Assembly: GCA_963719985.1 (NCBI GenBank)
Contig: CAVRDU010000005.1
Span: 770,817-834,816, forward strand
DNA length: 64,000 bases
Direction: 5' to 3'
From: Candidatus Aminicenantes bacterium
GTDB lineage: Bacteria; Acidobacteriota; Aminicenantia; Aminicenantales; Saccharicenantaceae
Shown here in pieces: positions 1 through 8,784 of the stretch. The notes beneath the pieces were generated by a model. That model was given only the letters and a program-made list of their open reading frames with translations. It ran no database searches and was not told where the DNA came from. The translations under genes and the position numbers were made by a program. Position 1 is the first letter of the stretch. Every line of letters starts with the position of its first letter.

Positions 1-787
1 TCGAGGCGCACTTCCGGCAGCGGGCGCAGAAATCGATGACCGTCGCGTCGTTCCCCGGCCGGTCGGGGACGAGCTCGAGAGATGTGGTGACGACGCCCAG
101 TCTGACCCGCGGTCCCAGCCGGGGGGTCATCAGCAGGCCCATCCGCCCGATCTCGCCGAGCCCGGCGTCGCGGGCGACGAGCGGCGCGATGACGCGGTAG
201 TGGCCGTCGATGTGGGCCCGGGCCGGATGGCCCAGGGCCCGGACGGCCGCGGCCAGCTGGACGGCGATACGGGCGGCCTCGACGTATTGACGCGCGGATT
301 CCGCGACGGTGGGCGCGCGCGGGGCCGAGCGGACCATCTCTTCGTCCATCTCGACGGTGAAGGCGACGGCGTGGCCCGGCTCGAAGAGGATCGGTTCCCC
401 GTAGCGCCGGAAGTCGCGGCCGACATGGGAGTAGACGTGATGGGGACGAAGCTCGGCGACACCGACCTCGCGGGCGCCGTAATAGAGGGCCAGGGATTTC
501 AGGAAGGCCGTCGCGCCGGGCGGATCGAAGGCCGCGCGCTCCGCCGCGACGGGGCCGTCGACGGCGTCGCGCAAGGCTTCGGTCAGGAAGAAACTTCCCT
601 CCGCCGAGGCGAAAAGCGCCGGCTCGGCGAGCGCGGCGGCCGGCGAGAGCAGGCCGGGCAGGGCCCGGATGGCGTCGTCGATCTCACGGTTCTCCGGCCG
701 CATGGCGTAATAGGCCGCGTACTCCGGCGTGCCGGGGCGCAGGCGGACCCGGGAGAACTGGATATCGCGCTCGTCGAACCGCCGCAT
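1..787 (-). CDS. Partial CDS (N-terminal about 262 aa in window, continues past the left edge): QueG/reductive-dehalogenase-like 4Fe-4S protein
   Basis: Own translation of the minus strand from ATG at 785-787 (MRRFDERDIQFSRVRLRPGTPEY...AGLGEIGRMGLLMTPRLGPRVRLGVVTTSLELVPDRP...FCARCRKCAS). The GxGxxG...PxLG block followed by a CxxCxxC motif resembles epoxyqueuosine reductase QueG / RdhA-type proteins. Its ATG overlaps the stop of the GH127 gene (ATGA). It is absent from the ORF track because it has no stop inside the window. Confidence 0.5.
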   Translation of the reverse strand, partial: MRRFDERDIQFSRVRLRPGTPEYAAYYAMRPENREIDDAIRALPGLLSPAAALAEPALFASAEGSFFLTEALRDAVDGPVAAERAAFDPPGATAFLKSLALYYGAREVGVAELRPHHVYSHVGRDFRRYGEPILFEPGHAVAFTVEMDEEMVRSAPRAPTVAESARQYVEAARIAVQLAAAVRALGHPARAHIDGHYRVIAPLVARDAGLGEIGRMGLLMTPRLGPRVRLGVVTTSLELVPDRPGNDATVIDFCARCRKCAS

Positions 788-2883
788 CAGTCGACCTTCA
801 TATCGAGGCGCTTGGCCGGCCGGACGGCGTTTTGGGTGCGCGGCAGCCAGACCAGCATCTGGCCGGGACCGCGGTTGGCCCAGGCGTAATAGGGGACGGC
901 CAGGAACGGCAGCGGCGTCTCGACGGCCTTCCCTCCGCGGCCCTTGGAGACGGCGAGGGCCCGGCCAGTGATCGCGACGACGCCCCGGAGCAGGTCCTTC
1001 CGGAACTCGGGGTCGAGGGCCGCCTCGTCGGCGAGCACGAGTTCGAAGACTCGATCGCCGTTGTCGACGCCCTCGACGGCGTAGACGATCGGGCCGCGCT
1101 GGAGAGCGACCCGGCCCCGGTCCTCGGTCACGGCCTCGTTCGCGACGATCCGCCGAACGGGCATCGGCAGCGTGAGTTCGACGGTATCGCCGTCCTTCCA
1201 GTCGCGGCGGAGGCGCGCGTAGCCGGCGCGGAGGTCGATGCCGACGGCCTCGCCGTTGACCTTCAGGACGGTCGTTTCGCCGCGGTCGTCGAGGAACCGG
1301 TAGAGGTCTGTCGGCATGGCCTCGTCCCGGGCCCAGACGGGGACGCGCAGGGCCAGCTCGAACGACCCGGGCGCTTCGAGCGAAAGGACCAGTCTGACGA
1401 CGCCGTCCCAGGGGTAGCGGGTGGTCTGGGCCAACGCGATCGTCCGGCCGCCGATACCGATCCTCCCCTCGCCGGCGACGAAGAGGTTGACGAAGAGGGT
1501 GTCGTCCTTCACGGCGTAGACATAGCCGGGCAGAGAGGGCAGGAAGCGGGTCATGTTCGGAGGGCAGCAGGCCACCTCGAACCAGGGGCTGCGCTCGTAG
1601 CCGCCCGCCGACTCGAGCGGGTTCTGGTAGAAGAACCGGTCGCCGCCGAGCGAAACGCCGGAGAGGAGGCCGTTGTAGAGGACGCGCTCGAAGACGTCCA
1701 TGTACTTCGCCTCACCGTGGAGCAGGAAGAGGCGGTAGTTCCAGAGGGCGTTGCCGATGGCGGCGCAGGTCTCGGTGTAGGCCTCCGCGTTGGGCAGCTC
1801 GTAGGCCTCGCCGAAAGCCTCGGAGCCGCTGCGGGCGCCGACGCCGCCGGTCAGGTACTGCTTCCTCCCGGCCACGTCGAGCCAGAGCCGGTCGATCGCC
1901 GCGACGTACTCCGGGAAGCCGCCGAGGGCGGCGACGTCGGCCATTCCCGAGTACATGTACATGGCCCGGACGGCGTGGCCGACGGCCTCGTTCTGCTCGA
2001 GGACGGGCTTGTGGTTCTGCATGTACTCGTCGGAGTCGTAGACGGCGAAGGGGTCTCCCGGGGCGTGCTTCTCGCCGCCGAAATAGCGGCCGCGCTCGTC
2101 GAGGAAGAACTTGGCCAGGTCGAGGTACGCGCGCTGGCCGGTCGCGCGGTAGAGCTTGGCCAATCCGATCTCGATCTCCTGGTGGCCGGGGAAACCGCGC
2201 CGTTGGCCGGGGCTAGCGCCGAAGACGCGGAGGAGCAGGGCGGCGTTCTTCTCGGCGATGGCCAGGAAAGTCCTCTTTCCGGTGGCCTGGAAATGGGCCA
2301 CGGCCGCCTCGTACATGTGGCCGACGTTGTAGAGCTCGTGGCTGACGCGCAGGTTCGACCAGCGCTCGGGCCCGGAGCCGGGAGCGGGATGGGCGGGGTC
2401 GTTGGTCCGTGTCGTGAAGAGGTAGCCGTCCGGCTCCTGGGCCTTCGCGACGAGGGCGATGAGATCGTCCAGGGTCTTCTCGAGCCCGGCGTCGGGGTGG
2501 AGGCGGAGGGTGTAGGCGGCCGCCTCCATGGCCTTGTAGACGTCGGAGTCGTTGAAACGCCGGCCCTTGTGGGGACCGGTCATCAAGCGGGCGGCCTTGC
2601 GGAAGTTGTCGACCCGGCCGGTCTCCTCGTTCATGCGCAGGGCGGAGGGGACGGAGATCGTCCTGTTGGTCTCGAGTCTGGGCGCCCAGAAGGCGTCGGT
2701 GAGCACGACATCGGTGAAGGGGACGGGCCGGATGGGATAATCGAGGACCGGTCCGCCCGCCGCGGCCGGCGCCCGGTCCTTTCCCCGGCAGGACGGCATC
2801 GCGAGGGCGACGGCGAGGCAGGTCGCGAGGGCGAACGGCAGAGCCCGGCCACGACGGATGGCGATCCCGGACATCGTTCTCAT
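787..2883 (-). CDS. Glycoside hydrolase family 127 (beta-L-arabinofuranosidase, HypBA1-like), exported
   Basis: ORF 787..2901. Hallmark GH127/DUF1680 blocks are present (ETCAAIGNALWNYRL, FEVACCPPN). Preferred start is ATG at 2883 (GGAGG-4nt-ATG), giving the signal-like MRTMSGIAIRRGRALPFALATCLAVALA, rather than the TTG at 2901 used by the track. Confidence 0.85.
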   Translation of the reverse strand: MRTMSGIAIRRGRALPFALATCLAVALAMPSCRGKDRAPAAAGGPVLDYPIRPVPFTDVVLTDAFWAPRLETNRTISVPSALRMNEETGRVDNFRKAARLMTGPHKGRRFNDSDVYKAMEAAAYTLRLHPDAGLEKTLDDLIALVAKAQEPDGYLFTTRTNDPAHPAPGSGPERWSNLRVSHELYNVGHMYEAAVAHFQATGKRTFLAIAEKNAALLLRVFGASPGQRRGFPGHQEIEIGLAKLYRATGQRAYLDLAKFFLDERGRYFGGEKHAPGDPFAVYDSDEYMQNHKPVLEQNEAVGHAVRAMYMYSGMADVAALGGFPEYVAAIDRLWLDVAGRKQYLTGGVGARSGSEAFGEAYELPNAEAYTETCAAIGNALWNYRLFLLHGEAKYMDVFERVLYNGLLSGVSLGGDRFFYQNPLESAGGYERSPWFEVACCPPNMTRFLPSLPGYVYAVKDDTLFVNLFVAGEGRIGIGGRTIALAQTTRYPWDGVVRLVLSLEAPGSFELALRVPVWARDEAMPTDLYRFLDDRGETTVLKVNGEAVGIDLRAGYARLRRDWKDGDTVELTLPMPVRRIVANEAVTEDRGRVALQRGPIVYAVEGVDNGDRVFELVLADEAALDPEFRKDLLRGVVAITGRALAVSKGRGGKAVETPLPFLAVPYYAWANRGPGQMLVWLPRTQNAVRPAKRLDMKVD

Positions 2884-2940
2884 GGGGCCTCCGGAGGACA
2901 ACTATACCATAGCGCCCGGGATTCGATTATAATCGCGGGC

Positions 2941-3720
2941 ATGAGCGGACCGTGGTTCATCCTGATCGGCGCCGCGGCCGGCGTCTTCGCGGGCCTGTTC
3001 GGCATCGGCGGCGGCATCATCATCGTACCGGCGCTCATTCTCCTCGCCGGCTTCCCGCTGGTCAAGGCCACGGGGACCTCGCTCGCGGCCATCCTCCTCC
3101 CGGTCGGCATCCTCGGCGTCATCGCCTATTACAGGGCCAAGGTCATCGACATCCGCGCCTCGGTCCTCATCGCCGCGGGGCTCCTGACGTCGGTCGTCGC
3201 GGGAGCCTGGCTGGCCAACAGGCTGCCGGTCGACGTCATGCGCAAGCTCTTCGCCGTCTTCTGCCTCTACGTCGGCTGGAACTTCATCGATCCGGTCCGC
3301 CGCTTCAGGACATGGCGGGGTTCGGCGGTCGCGGCCGGGCCCGAATCTGAAACGGACCCTCACCCCTCCCCGGTCGCGCTCCTCGGCGTCGGCCTCCTGG
3401 CCGGGGTCATGGCCGGCATGTTCGGGATCGGCGGCGGCAATATCATCGTGCCGATGCTGACCATGGTCCTTCATTACCCGGCGAAGAGAGCCATCGCCAC
3501 CTCGCTCGGTGCGATCCTGTTCCCGTTCGGAATACCCGGGGTGCTCTATTACGCCAACGCCGGGAACCTCGACCTGGGCGCGGCGGCCTGGATCGCCGCC
3601 GGGCTTTTCCTCGGCACCGTTTTCGGCGCCCTCATCACCATCCGCCTGCCGAACCGGACGGTCAAGCTCCTCTACGGCGTCTTCCTCGTCCTCGTCGCCG
3701 TCCGTTTCCTCTTTCTTTAG
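2941..3720 (+). CDS. TauE/SafE (DUF81) family sulfite/anion exporter membrane protein
   Basis: The C-terminal 259 aa of track ORF 832..3720 form a membrane protein with two repeated halves (GIGGGIIIVPALILLAG..., GIGGGNIIVPMLTMVL...), typical of TauE/SafE. ATG at 2941 is preceded by TATAAT at 2928-2933, so the transcript may be leaderless. The first 2100 nt of the track ORF are antisense to GH127 and are rejected. Confidence 0.85.
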   Translation: MSGPWFILIGAAAGVFAGLFGIGGGIIIVPALILLAGFPLVKATGTSLAAILLPVGILGVIAYYRAKVIDIRASVLIAAGLLTSVVAGAWLANRLPVDVMRKLFAVFCLYVGWNFIDPVRRFRTWRGSAVAAGPESETDPHPSPVALLGVGLLAGVMAGMFGIGGGNIIVPMLTMVLHYPAKRAIATSLGAILFPFGIPGVLYYANAGNLDLGAAAWIAAGLFLGTVFGALITIRLPNRTVKLLYGVFLVLVAVRFLFL

Positions 3721-3860
3721 GAGCGCCTCGATTCGCCCGGGACCTTGAAGAGCTTCCCCGACGCGCGGGCGACCTGTTCCCCCGAGCCGTCGAGAAGCTC
3801 GCTCTCGGCCAGAACGATGCGGCCCTTGTCCTCGAGGAAACGCCCTTTGAGCGTGTAAGG
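3717..3860 (-). pseudogene. Possible remnant of a hotdog-fold (PaaI-like) thioesterase C-terminus
   Basis: Only the last about 45 aa of ORF 3717..4133 look protein-like (YTLKGRFLEDKGRIVLAESELLDGSGEQVARASGKLFKV). The upstream part of the ORF overlaps pyrE antisense and reads as low-complexity junk. Confidence 0.25.
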
Positions 3861-3890
3861 GGCGTTCGTCGCGGCCGGCCCCGCTCGCAC

Positions 3891-3919
3891 TTGTCGGCCG
3901 TCCGCGTTGTCCCTATAAT
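3891..3919 (+). promoter_or_regulatory. Sigma-70-like promoter for pyrE: TTGTCG-17bp-TATAAT
   Basis: TTGTCG at 3891-3896 and TATAAT at 3914-3919 with a 17-bp spacer, about 38 nt upstream of the pyrE ATG. SD GGAGGAAGGAG lies at 3940-3950. Confidence 0.55.
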
Positions 3920-3957
3920 GTCGCCTGGACGTCCGCCGCGGAGGAAGGAGAGCCGTC

Positions 3958-4557
3958 ATGACCCAGCCGGCCGAGAACGAGATCGTCCTCAACCTGTTCA
4001 AGGAATGCGACGCCCTGCTCCAGGGCCATTTCAAGCTGACCTCGGGCAAGCACTCGGAGTGGTACTTCGAGAAGATCCGGCTCATCGAGAAGCCGGCCGC
4101 GCTCGAGAAGATCGTCGACCTGCTCGCAGCCAAGATCCGGCGCGAGGTCCCCGACTTCGACTACGTCGTCTCCCCCGCCTACGGGGCCATCGCCATCGGC
4201 TTCCTGGCCGCCCTCAAGCTGGGCAAGAAGTTCGCCTTCAGCCAGCGCGGCGAGGAGAAGATGACCATCCGCTCGGGTTTCTCGGGGCTCGATGGCTCGC
4301 GGGCCGTCATCGTCGAGGACATCCTGACGACGGGGGGGTCCATCCAGGAGGTCCTGGCCTGCCTCGCGGAGCGCCGGGTCGCGGTCGGCGGCGTCTACGT
4401 CCTCGTCGACCGCAGCGGCGGCGCCGTGCCGATCGAAGGCAAGCCCGTCGGGAGCCTGCTCGCCCTCAAGGTCGAGGCCTTCGAACCGGACGCCTGCCCG
4501 TTCTGCGCGAAAGGGATGGCGATCACCAAGCCCGGCGCTTCGGACAAGAAAGCCTGA
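3958..4557 (+). CDS. pyrE: Orotate phosphoribosyltransferase
   Basis: 199-aa ORF with a PRPP-binding loop (VIVEDILTTGGS) and OPRTase-like organisation, preceded by a strong SD. Confidence 0.8.
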   Translation: MTQPAENEIVLNLFKECDALLQGHFKLTSGKHSEWYFEKIRLIEKPAALEKIVDLLAAKIRREVPDFDYVVSPAYGAIAIGFLAALKLGKKFAFSQRGEEKMTIRSGFSGLDGSRAVIVEDILTTGGSIQEVLACLAERRVAVGGVYVLVDRSGGAVPIEGKPVGSLLALKVEAFEPDACPFCAKGMAITKPGASDKKA

Positions 4558-4560
4558 GGT

Positions 4561-7500
4561 CTACTCCACCGCTCCGGTCTCCGGCCGTTTCTTGAGCCTC
4601 GTTTTCAGCCGGTCCGAGACGACGTAGAAGGCCGGGACAACAAGGAGGCTCAGGGCGGTCGACAGGACCAGCCCGCCGATGACGGCGATGGCCATCGGCA
4701 TCCGGATCTCCGCCCCCGAACCGATCCCCAGCGCCGGCGGGATGGCCGCCATCATCGTCGCCGTGGCCGTCATCAGGATGGGCCGCAGCCGGACGGGGCC
4801 GGCCTTCTCCATGGCCTCCCGCGCCGCGAAGCCCTTCTCCCTGAACGCGTTGGCGTAGTCGACGAGGATGATCGAGTTCTTCTTGACGATCCCCATGAGC
4901 AGGAGCAGGCCGATCATGCTGAAGATGTTCAGGGACTTGCCGGTGAGGAGCAGGGCGAAGCCCGCCCCGGCGATCGACAGCGGCAGGATGGTGATGATCG
5001 TCACCGGGTCCTTGAACGAGTTGAACTGCGAGGCCAGGATCATGTAGGCGATGAGGATGCCGAGGAACATGGCGAAGAGCAGGCTGCTCATCGATTCGCG
5101 GAAGGCCATGCTCGACCCGCCCAGGACCAGCCGGTAGCCGACGGGAAGGCCGTCCCCGAGCCCTTCGATCACGCGCAGGGCCTCGCCCTGGGAATGTCCC
5201 GGGGCGACGTTGGCGTAGATCGAGATGGCCCGCTCGCGGTCGCGGCGGGTGATGGCCTGCAGGGCGGCCTGCTCCTCGAAGAGGACGAGGGACGAGAGGG
5301 GCACGAGCTCGCCGTTGCGGGCCCGTACGCGCAGGCGCGAGATGTCCTCGGGCCGCGACCTCTGCCCGGCCATCAGCTTGAGCCGGACGTCGAGCCTCCG
5401 GCCTCCGGTGCTGTACTTCCCGACCCGGATGCCACCCACGAGGGCGTTGATGGTCGTGGCCACGTCGTCGACCGAGACGCCGACGTCGGCGCACACGGCC
5501 CGGTCCGGGGTCACCCGCAGCTCGGGCATGCCGACGCGGTAGTCCGAGTCGAGGTCGACCACGGTCCCGCTCTCCGTGAGCTCGCCCATGAGCCTCTGGC
5601 TGAGGGGCACGAGCTGGCTCCAGTCGGCGCCGCGCACGGAGAACTCGACGGGGAAGCCGCGCTGGGCCGTGAAGCCCTGCTGGGAGGTGTCCTGGATGAC
5701 GGCCCGCAGGCCGGGGATGGCGTTGAGCTCGCGGCGGAGCACGGAGGAGAACTCGGCCTGGTCCAGCCTGCGCTCTTTCGGCGGGGTCAAGGTCACGTAG
5801 ATCATGCCGGCGTTCACGCTCCCGCCGCCGCCGAAACCCCCGACGAAGCTGAACGTCTGGACGACCTCGGGGTGCTTGTTGACGGTCTCTTCCGCTTTGA
5901 TCAGAAGGGTGTCGGTCTCGGTGATGTCCGAGCCGACGGCGGTCTGGATACGGACCATGACCCGGCTCTGGTCCTGGGACGGGACGAACTCGCTCGGCAG
6001 CATCGTGAAGACGAGGACGGCCACGGCCAGGAGTGCCGCCGCCGCGCCTAGGACGAGGCCCGGCTTTCCGAGTCCGCCGTGGAGGACGCGGCCGTAAAGC
6101 TTTTCCAGCCGGCCGAAGGCCTTGTCGACGGCCAGGCCGACCTTGTTCCGCCCTTCGCGCGAGGTCCTGAGGAACTGCGAGCAGCGGGCCGGGGCCAGGG
6201 TGACCGCCTCGACGTAGGACAGGAGGACGGCCAGGCAAAGCGTGACGCCGAACTGGAGGAAGTAGCGGCCGATGATGCCCTTCATGAACACGACCGGGAC
6301 GAAGATGGCCACGACGGCCAGGGTCGCGGCCAGGGCGGCGAAGGCGATCTCCTCGGTCCCCTCGAGGGCGGCCGGGACCAGGGCCTTGCCGCCCTCGCGG
6401 TGGCGGAAGATGTTCTCCATGACCATGATGGCGTCGTCGACGACGATGCCGACGGCCAGGGCCAGCCCGAGCAGGGTGAAGGTGTTGAAGGTGAATCCGA
6501 GGAAGTAGATGATGGCCACCGTCCCCAGAAGGGACATGGGGATGGCCAGGATGACGTTGAGCGTGCTCGACAGCGATCCGAGGAAGAGCCAGCAGACGAA
6601 GGCCGTCAGCACGACCGAGAGCAGGAGCTCGAACTGGATCTCGTTGACCGACTCGCGGATGAACTGCGTGCTGTCGTTGGTGACGCCGATGGTCATGTCC
6701 GGGGGGAGGGTCTTGCCGTATTCGTCGATGGCCTCGCGGACGCGCTTGGCCACGGCCACGGCGTTGGCGCCTCTCTGCTTCCGGATGCCGATGCCCTGGG
6801 CCGGGCCGCCGTCGACGCGGGCGATGCGCCGGACGTCCTCGAAGCCGTCCTCGACCAGGGCGACGTCGCCGATGTAGATCGGGCTCCCGCCGATCTCGCG
6901 GACGACGATCTTGCGCAGGGTCTCGAGATCGACGGCCTCGCCGAGGACGCGGACGTTGACCTCGCGGCCGGTCGTCTCGAGGCGGCCGGCGGGCAGCTCG
7001 ATGTGCTCGCGCTGGAGGGCGGAGATGACGTCTCGGACCGTCAGGCCCTTCTCGTCGAGCCGGGCGGCGTCGAGCCAGATGCGGACGTTCCGCTCGAGGG
7101 TCCCCATGAGCGAGATCTCGCCGATGCCGGGGATGGTCTGGAGCTTCTCCTTCAGGCCGTAGCGGACGTAATCGCTGAGGACGCGCGGGGGGAACGGACC
7201 GCCCAACCGGGCCATCATGATCGGCTGGTCCTCCGGATTGGACTTGGAGATGATAGGCGGGTCCATGTCGCGAGGCAGGCGGCGCGCCGCCTGGGAGACC
7301 TTGGCCTGGACGTCCTGGAGGGCCAGGTCGACGTCGCGGGAGAGCTCGATCTCGACGGTGATGTTGCACGATCCCTGACGCGAGCTCGAGGTCAGCGTCC
7401 GGACGCCCTCGACCTGGATGAGGGCCTCTTCGAGGGCCTCGACGATCTCGTTCTCCATGACCTCGGGCGCCGCGCCCTCCCAGGAGGCGGAGACGTTGAT

Positions 7501-7632
7501 CGTCGGGAAATCGACGTCCGGGAACTGGCTGATGCCGATCCGTCCCCCGGCGACGACGCCGAAGACGACGGTGGCGGCCATGAGCATCCAGGCGAAGACG
7601 GGCTTGCGGACGCAGGCGTCGGTGAGGCTCAT
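4561..7632 (-). CDS. RND multidrug efflux permease (AcrB/HAE1 family)
   Basis: 1023-aa ORF with 12-TM RND architecture and the conserved AcrB-type blocks (VDDAIMVMENI..., large periplasmic loops). Convergent with pyrE with a 3-nt gap. Confidence 0.9.
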   Translation of the reverse strand: MSLTDACVRKPVFAWMLMAATVVFGVVAGGRIGISQFPDVDFPTINVSASWEGAAPEVMENEIVEALEEALIQVEGVRTLTSSSRQGSCNITVEIELSRDVDLALQDVQAKVSQAARRLPRDMDPPIISKSNPEDQPIMMARLGGPFPPRVLSDYVRYGLKEKLQTIPGIGEISLMGTLERNVRIWLDAARLDEKGLTVRDVISALQREHIELPAGRLETTGREVNVRVLGEAVDLETLRKIVVREIGGSPIYIGDVALVEDGFEDVRRIARVDGGPAQGIGIRKQRGANAVAVAKRVREAIDEYGKTLPPDMTIGVTNDSTQFIRESVNEIQFELLLSVVLTAFVCWLFLGSLSSTLNVILAIPMSLLGTVAIIYFLGFTFNTFTLLGLALAVGIVVDDAIMVMENIFRHREGGKALVPAALEGTEEIAFAALAATLAVVAIFVPVVFMKGIIGRYFLQFGVTLCLAVLLSYVEAVTLAPARCSQFLRTSREGRNKVGLAVDKAFGRLEKLYGRVLHGGLGKPGLVLGAAAALLAVAVLVFTMLPSEFVPSQDQSRVMVRIQTAVGSDITETDTLLIKAEETVNKHPEVVQTFSFVGGFGGGGSVNAGMIYVTLTPPKERRLDQAEFSSVLRRELNAIPGLRAVIQDTSQQGFTAQRGFPVEFSVRGADWSQLVPLSQRLMGELTESGTVVDLDSDYRVGMPELRVTPDRAVCADVGVSVDDVATTINALVGGIRVGKYSTGGRRLDVRLKLMAGQRSRPEDISRLRVRARNGELVPLSSLVLFEEQAALQAITRRDRERAISIYANVAPGHSQGEALRVIEGLGDGLPVGYRLVLGGSSMAFRESMSSLLFAMFLGILIAYMILASQFNSFKDPVTIITILPLSIAGAGFALLLTGKSLNIFSMIGLLLLMGIVKKNSIILVDYANAFREKGFAAREAMEKAGPVRLRPILMTATATMMAAIPPALGIGSGAEIRMPMAIAVIGGLVLSTALSLLVVPAFYVVSDRLKTRLKKRPETGAVE

Positions 7633-7644
7633 GGACCCGTTCCT

Positions 7645-8784
7645 TTACTTCTTTTCCGGAGCGGCCGCGGGTTCGGACGGGGCGCCGACGCGCACCGTGA
7701 CCCCGTTCGACAGGGCCTCGGAGCCGCGGATGACGAGGGATTCGCCGCCGGCGAGCCCGGAGAGGACCTCGACGCGGCCGTCGGCCGACCGCATGCCCAG
7801 GGTCAGGATGCGCTCGACGGCCTTGTCGCTCTCGACGACGTAGGCGACGAAGCCGCGCTCGCTCGGCCGGACGGCCGAGACCGGGATGACCGGGGCCCGG
7901 GTGGCCGAAGCCACGGGGACGGTGATCTCGGCGAAGGAGCCGGGCCGCAGGGTCCGGTCGCTCGGGTCGTCGATGTTGGCGGTGATGTCGACGAGGCGCG
8001 ACGTGTCGTCGGCCGACTCGGCGACGTGGACGACCTTGGCCAGGAACTCGCGGCTATCCTCGCGGACCCGGAAGCGGGCTTCCTGCCCGGGCTTGATCCG
8101 GGCGGCGTCGCGCTCGGGGACGCGGAACCGGAGGAGGAGCGGGTCGCGACGGACGAGGGTGGCCAGGACGGTGCCCGTCTGGACGAACTGGCCCGTCTGG
8201 ACCGTCCGCGTCTGGATGACGCCCGGAATGGGCGCCTTGACGAAGGCGTCCCGGAGATTGAGCTTGGCCTGGTTGAGGGCGGAGCGCTTTTCGGCGACGT
8301 CGGACGCGGCCGTGAGGACCTTCGTCCGCCAGGTCTCGACCTCCTCTCCGGGGATGAGCCCCGGCGTCCGGGTGATGACGGTCTCACGGCGCTTGAGGCC
8401 GGCTTCGGCGTCGGCCTTGGAGGCCTCGGCCTTCTCGAAGGTCGCCTGGGCCGATTCGACGGCCAGCCGGTAGCGCTCGGTCTCGATCTCGACCAGGGTC
8501 TGGCCCACCTGGGCGTACTCGCCCTCGGAAAAGAGGACCCGGTCGACGGCGCCGGAGACGCGGGCCGTGACCTGGACCTTCTCGAAGGCCTCGACGGAAC
8601 CGACGGCGGCGACGGAGTAGACGAGCGACCGGACCGCGACCTCTTCCACGTCGACGGGGAACTGGACGCGGGCCCGCCCGCCGGCCGCGGCGGGATCGGC
8701 GGCCTTCTTGCAGGCGCCGGCGGAAACGACGAGGGCCGCGACGGCGGCGATGACAACGAGCTTTCTCTTGTTCGATCGGATCAC
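7645..8784 (-). CDS. RND efflux membrane fusion protein (periplasmic adaptor, HlyD/AcrA-like), lipoprotein
   Basis: Real gene is the C-terminal 379 aa of the read-through track ORF 7645..11109. It has a GTG start with SD GGAAGGAG and a lipobox (LVVIAAVAALVVSAGAC). Biotinyl-lipoyl, beta-barrel and MP domains are recognisable. Stop lies 12 nt upstream of the AcrB start. Confidence 0.85.
   Translation of the reverse strand: MIRSNKRKLVVIAAVAALVVSAGACKKAADPAAAGGRARVQFPVDVEEVAVRSLVYSVAAVGSVEAFEKVQVTARVSGAVDRVLFSEGEYAQVGQTLVEIETERYRLAVESAQATFEKAEASKADAEAGLKRRETVITRTPGLIPGEEVETWRTKVLTAASDVAEKRSALNQAKLNLRDAFVKAPIPGVIQTRTVQTGQFVQTGTVLATLVRRDPLLLRFRVPERDAARIKPGQEARFRVREDSREFLAKVVHVAESADDTSRLVDITANIDDPSDRTLRPGSFAEITVPVASATRAPVIPVSAVRPSERGFVAYVVESDKAVERILTLGMRSADGRVEVLSGLAGGESLVIRGSEALSNGVTVRVGAPSEPAAAPEKK

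Noticed and set aside
832-3720. 962-aa ORF on the plus strand
   Set aside because: The first roughly 700 codons are antisense to the GH127 gene and consist of G/D/R/A-rich low-complexity text. Only the last 259 aa (2941-3720) form a genuine membrane protein.
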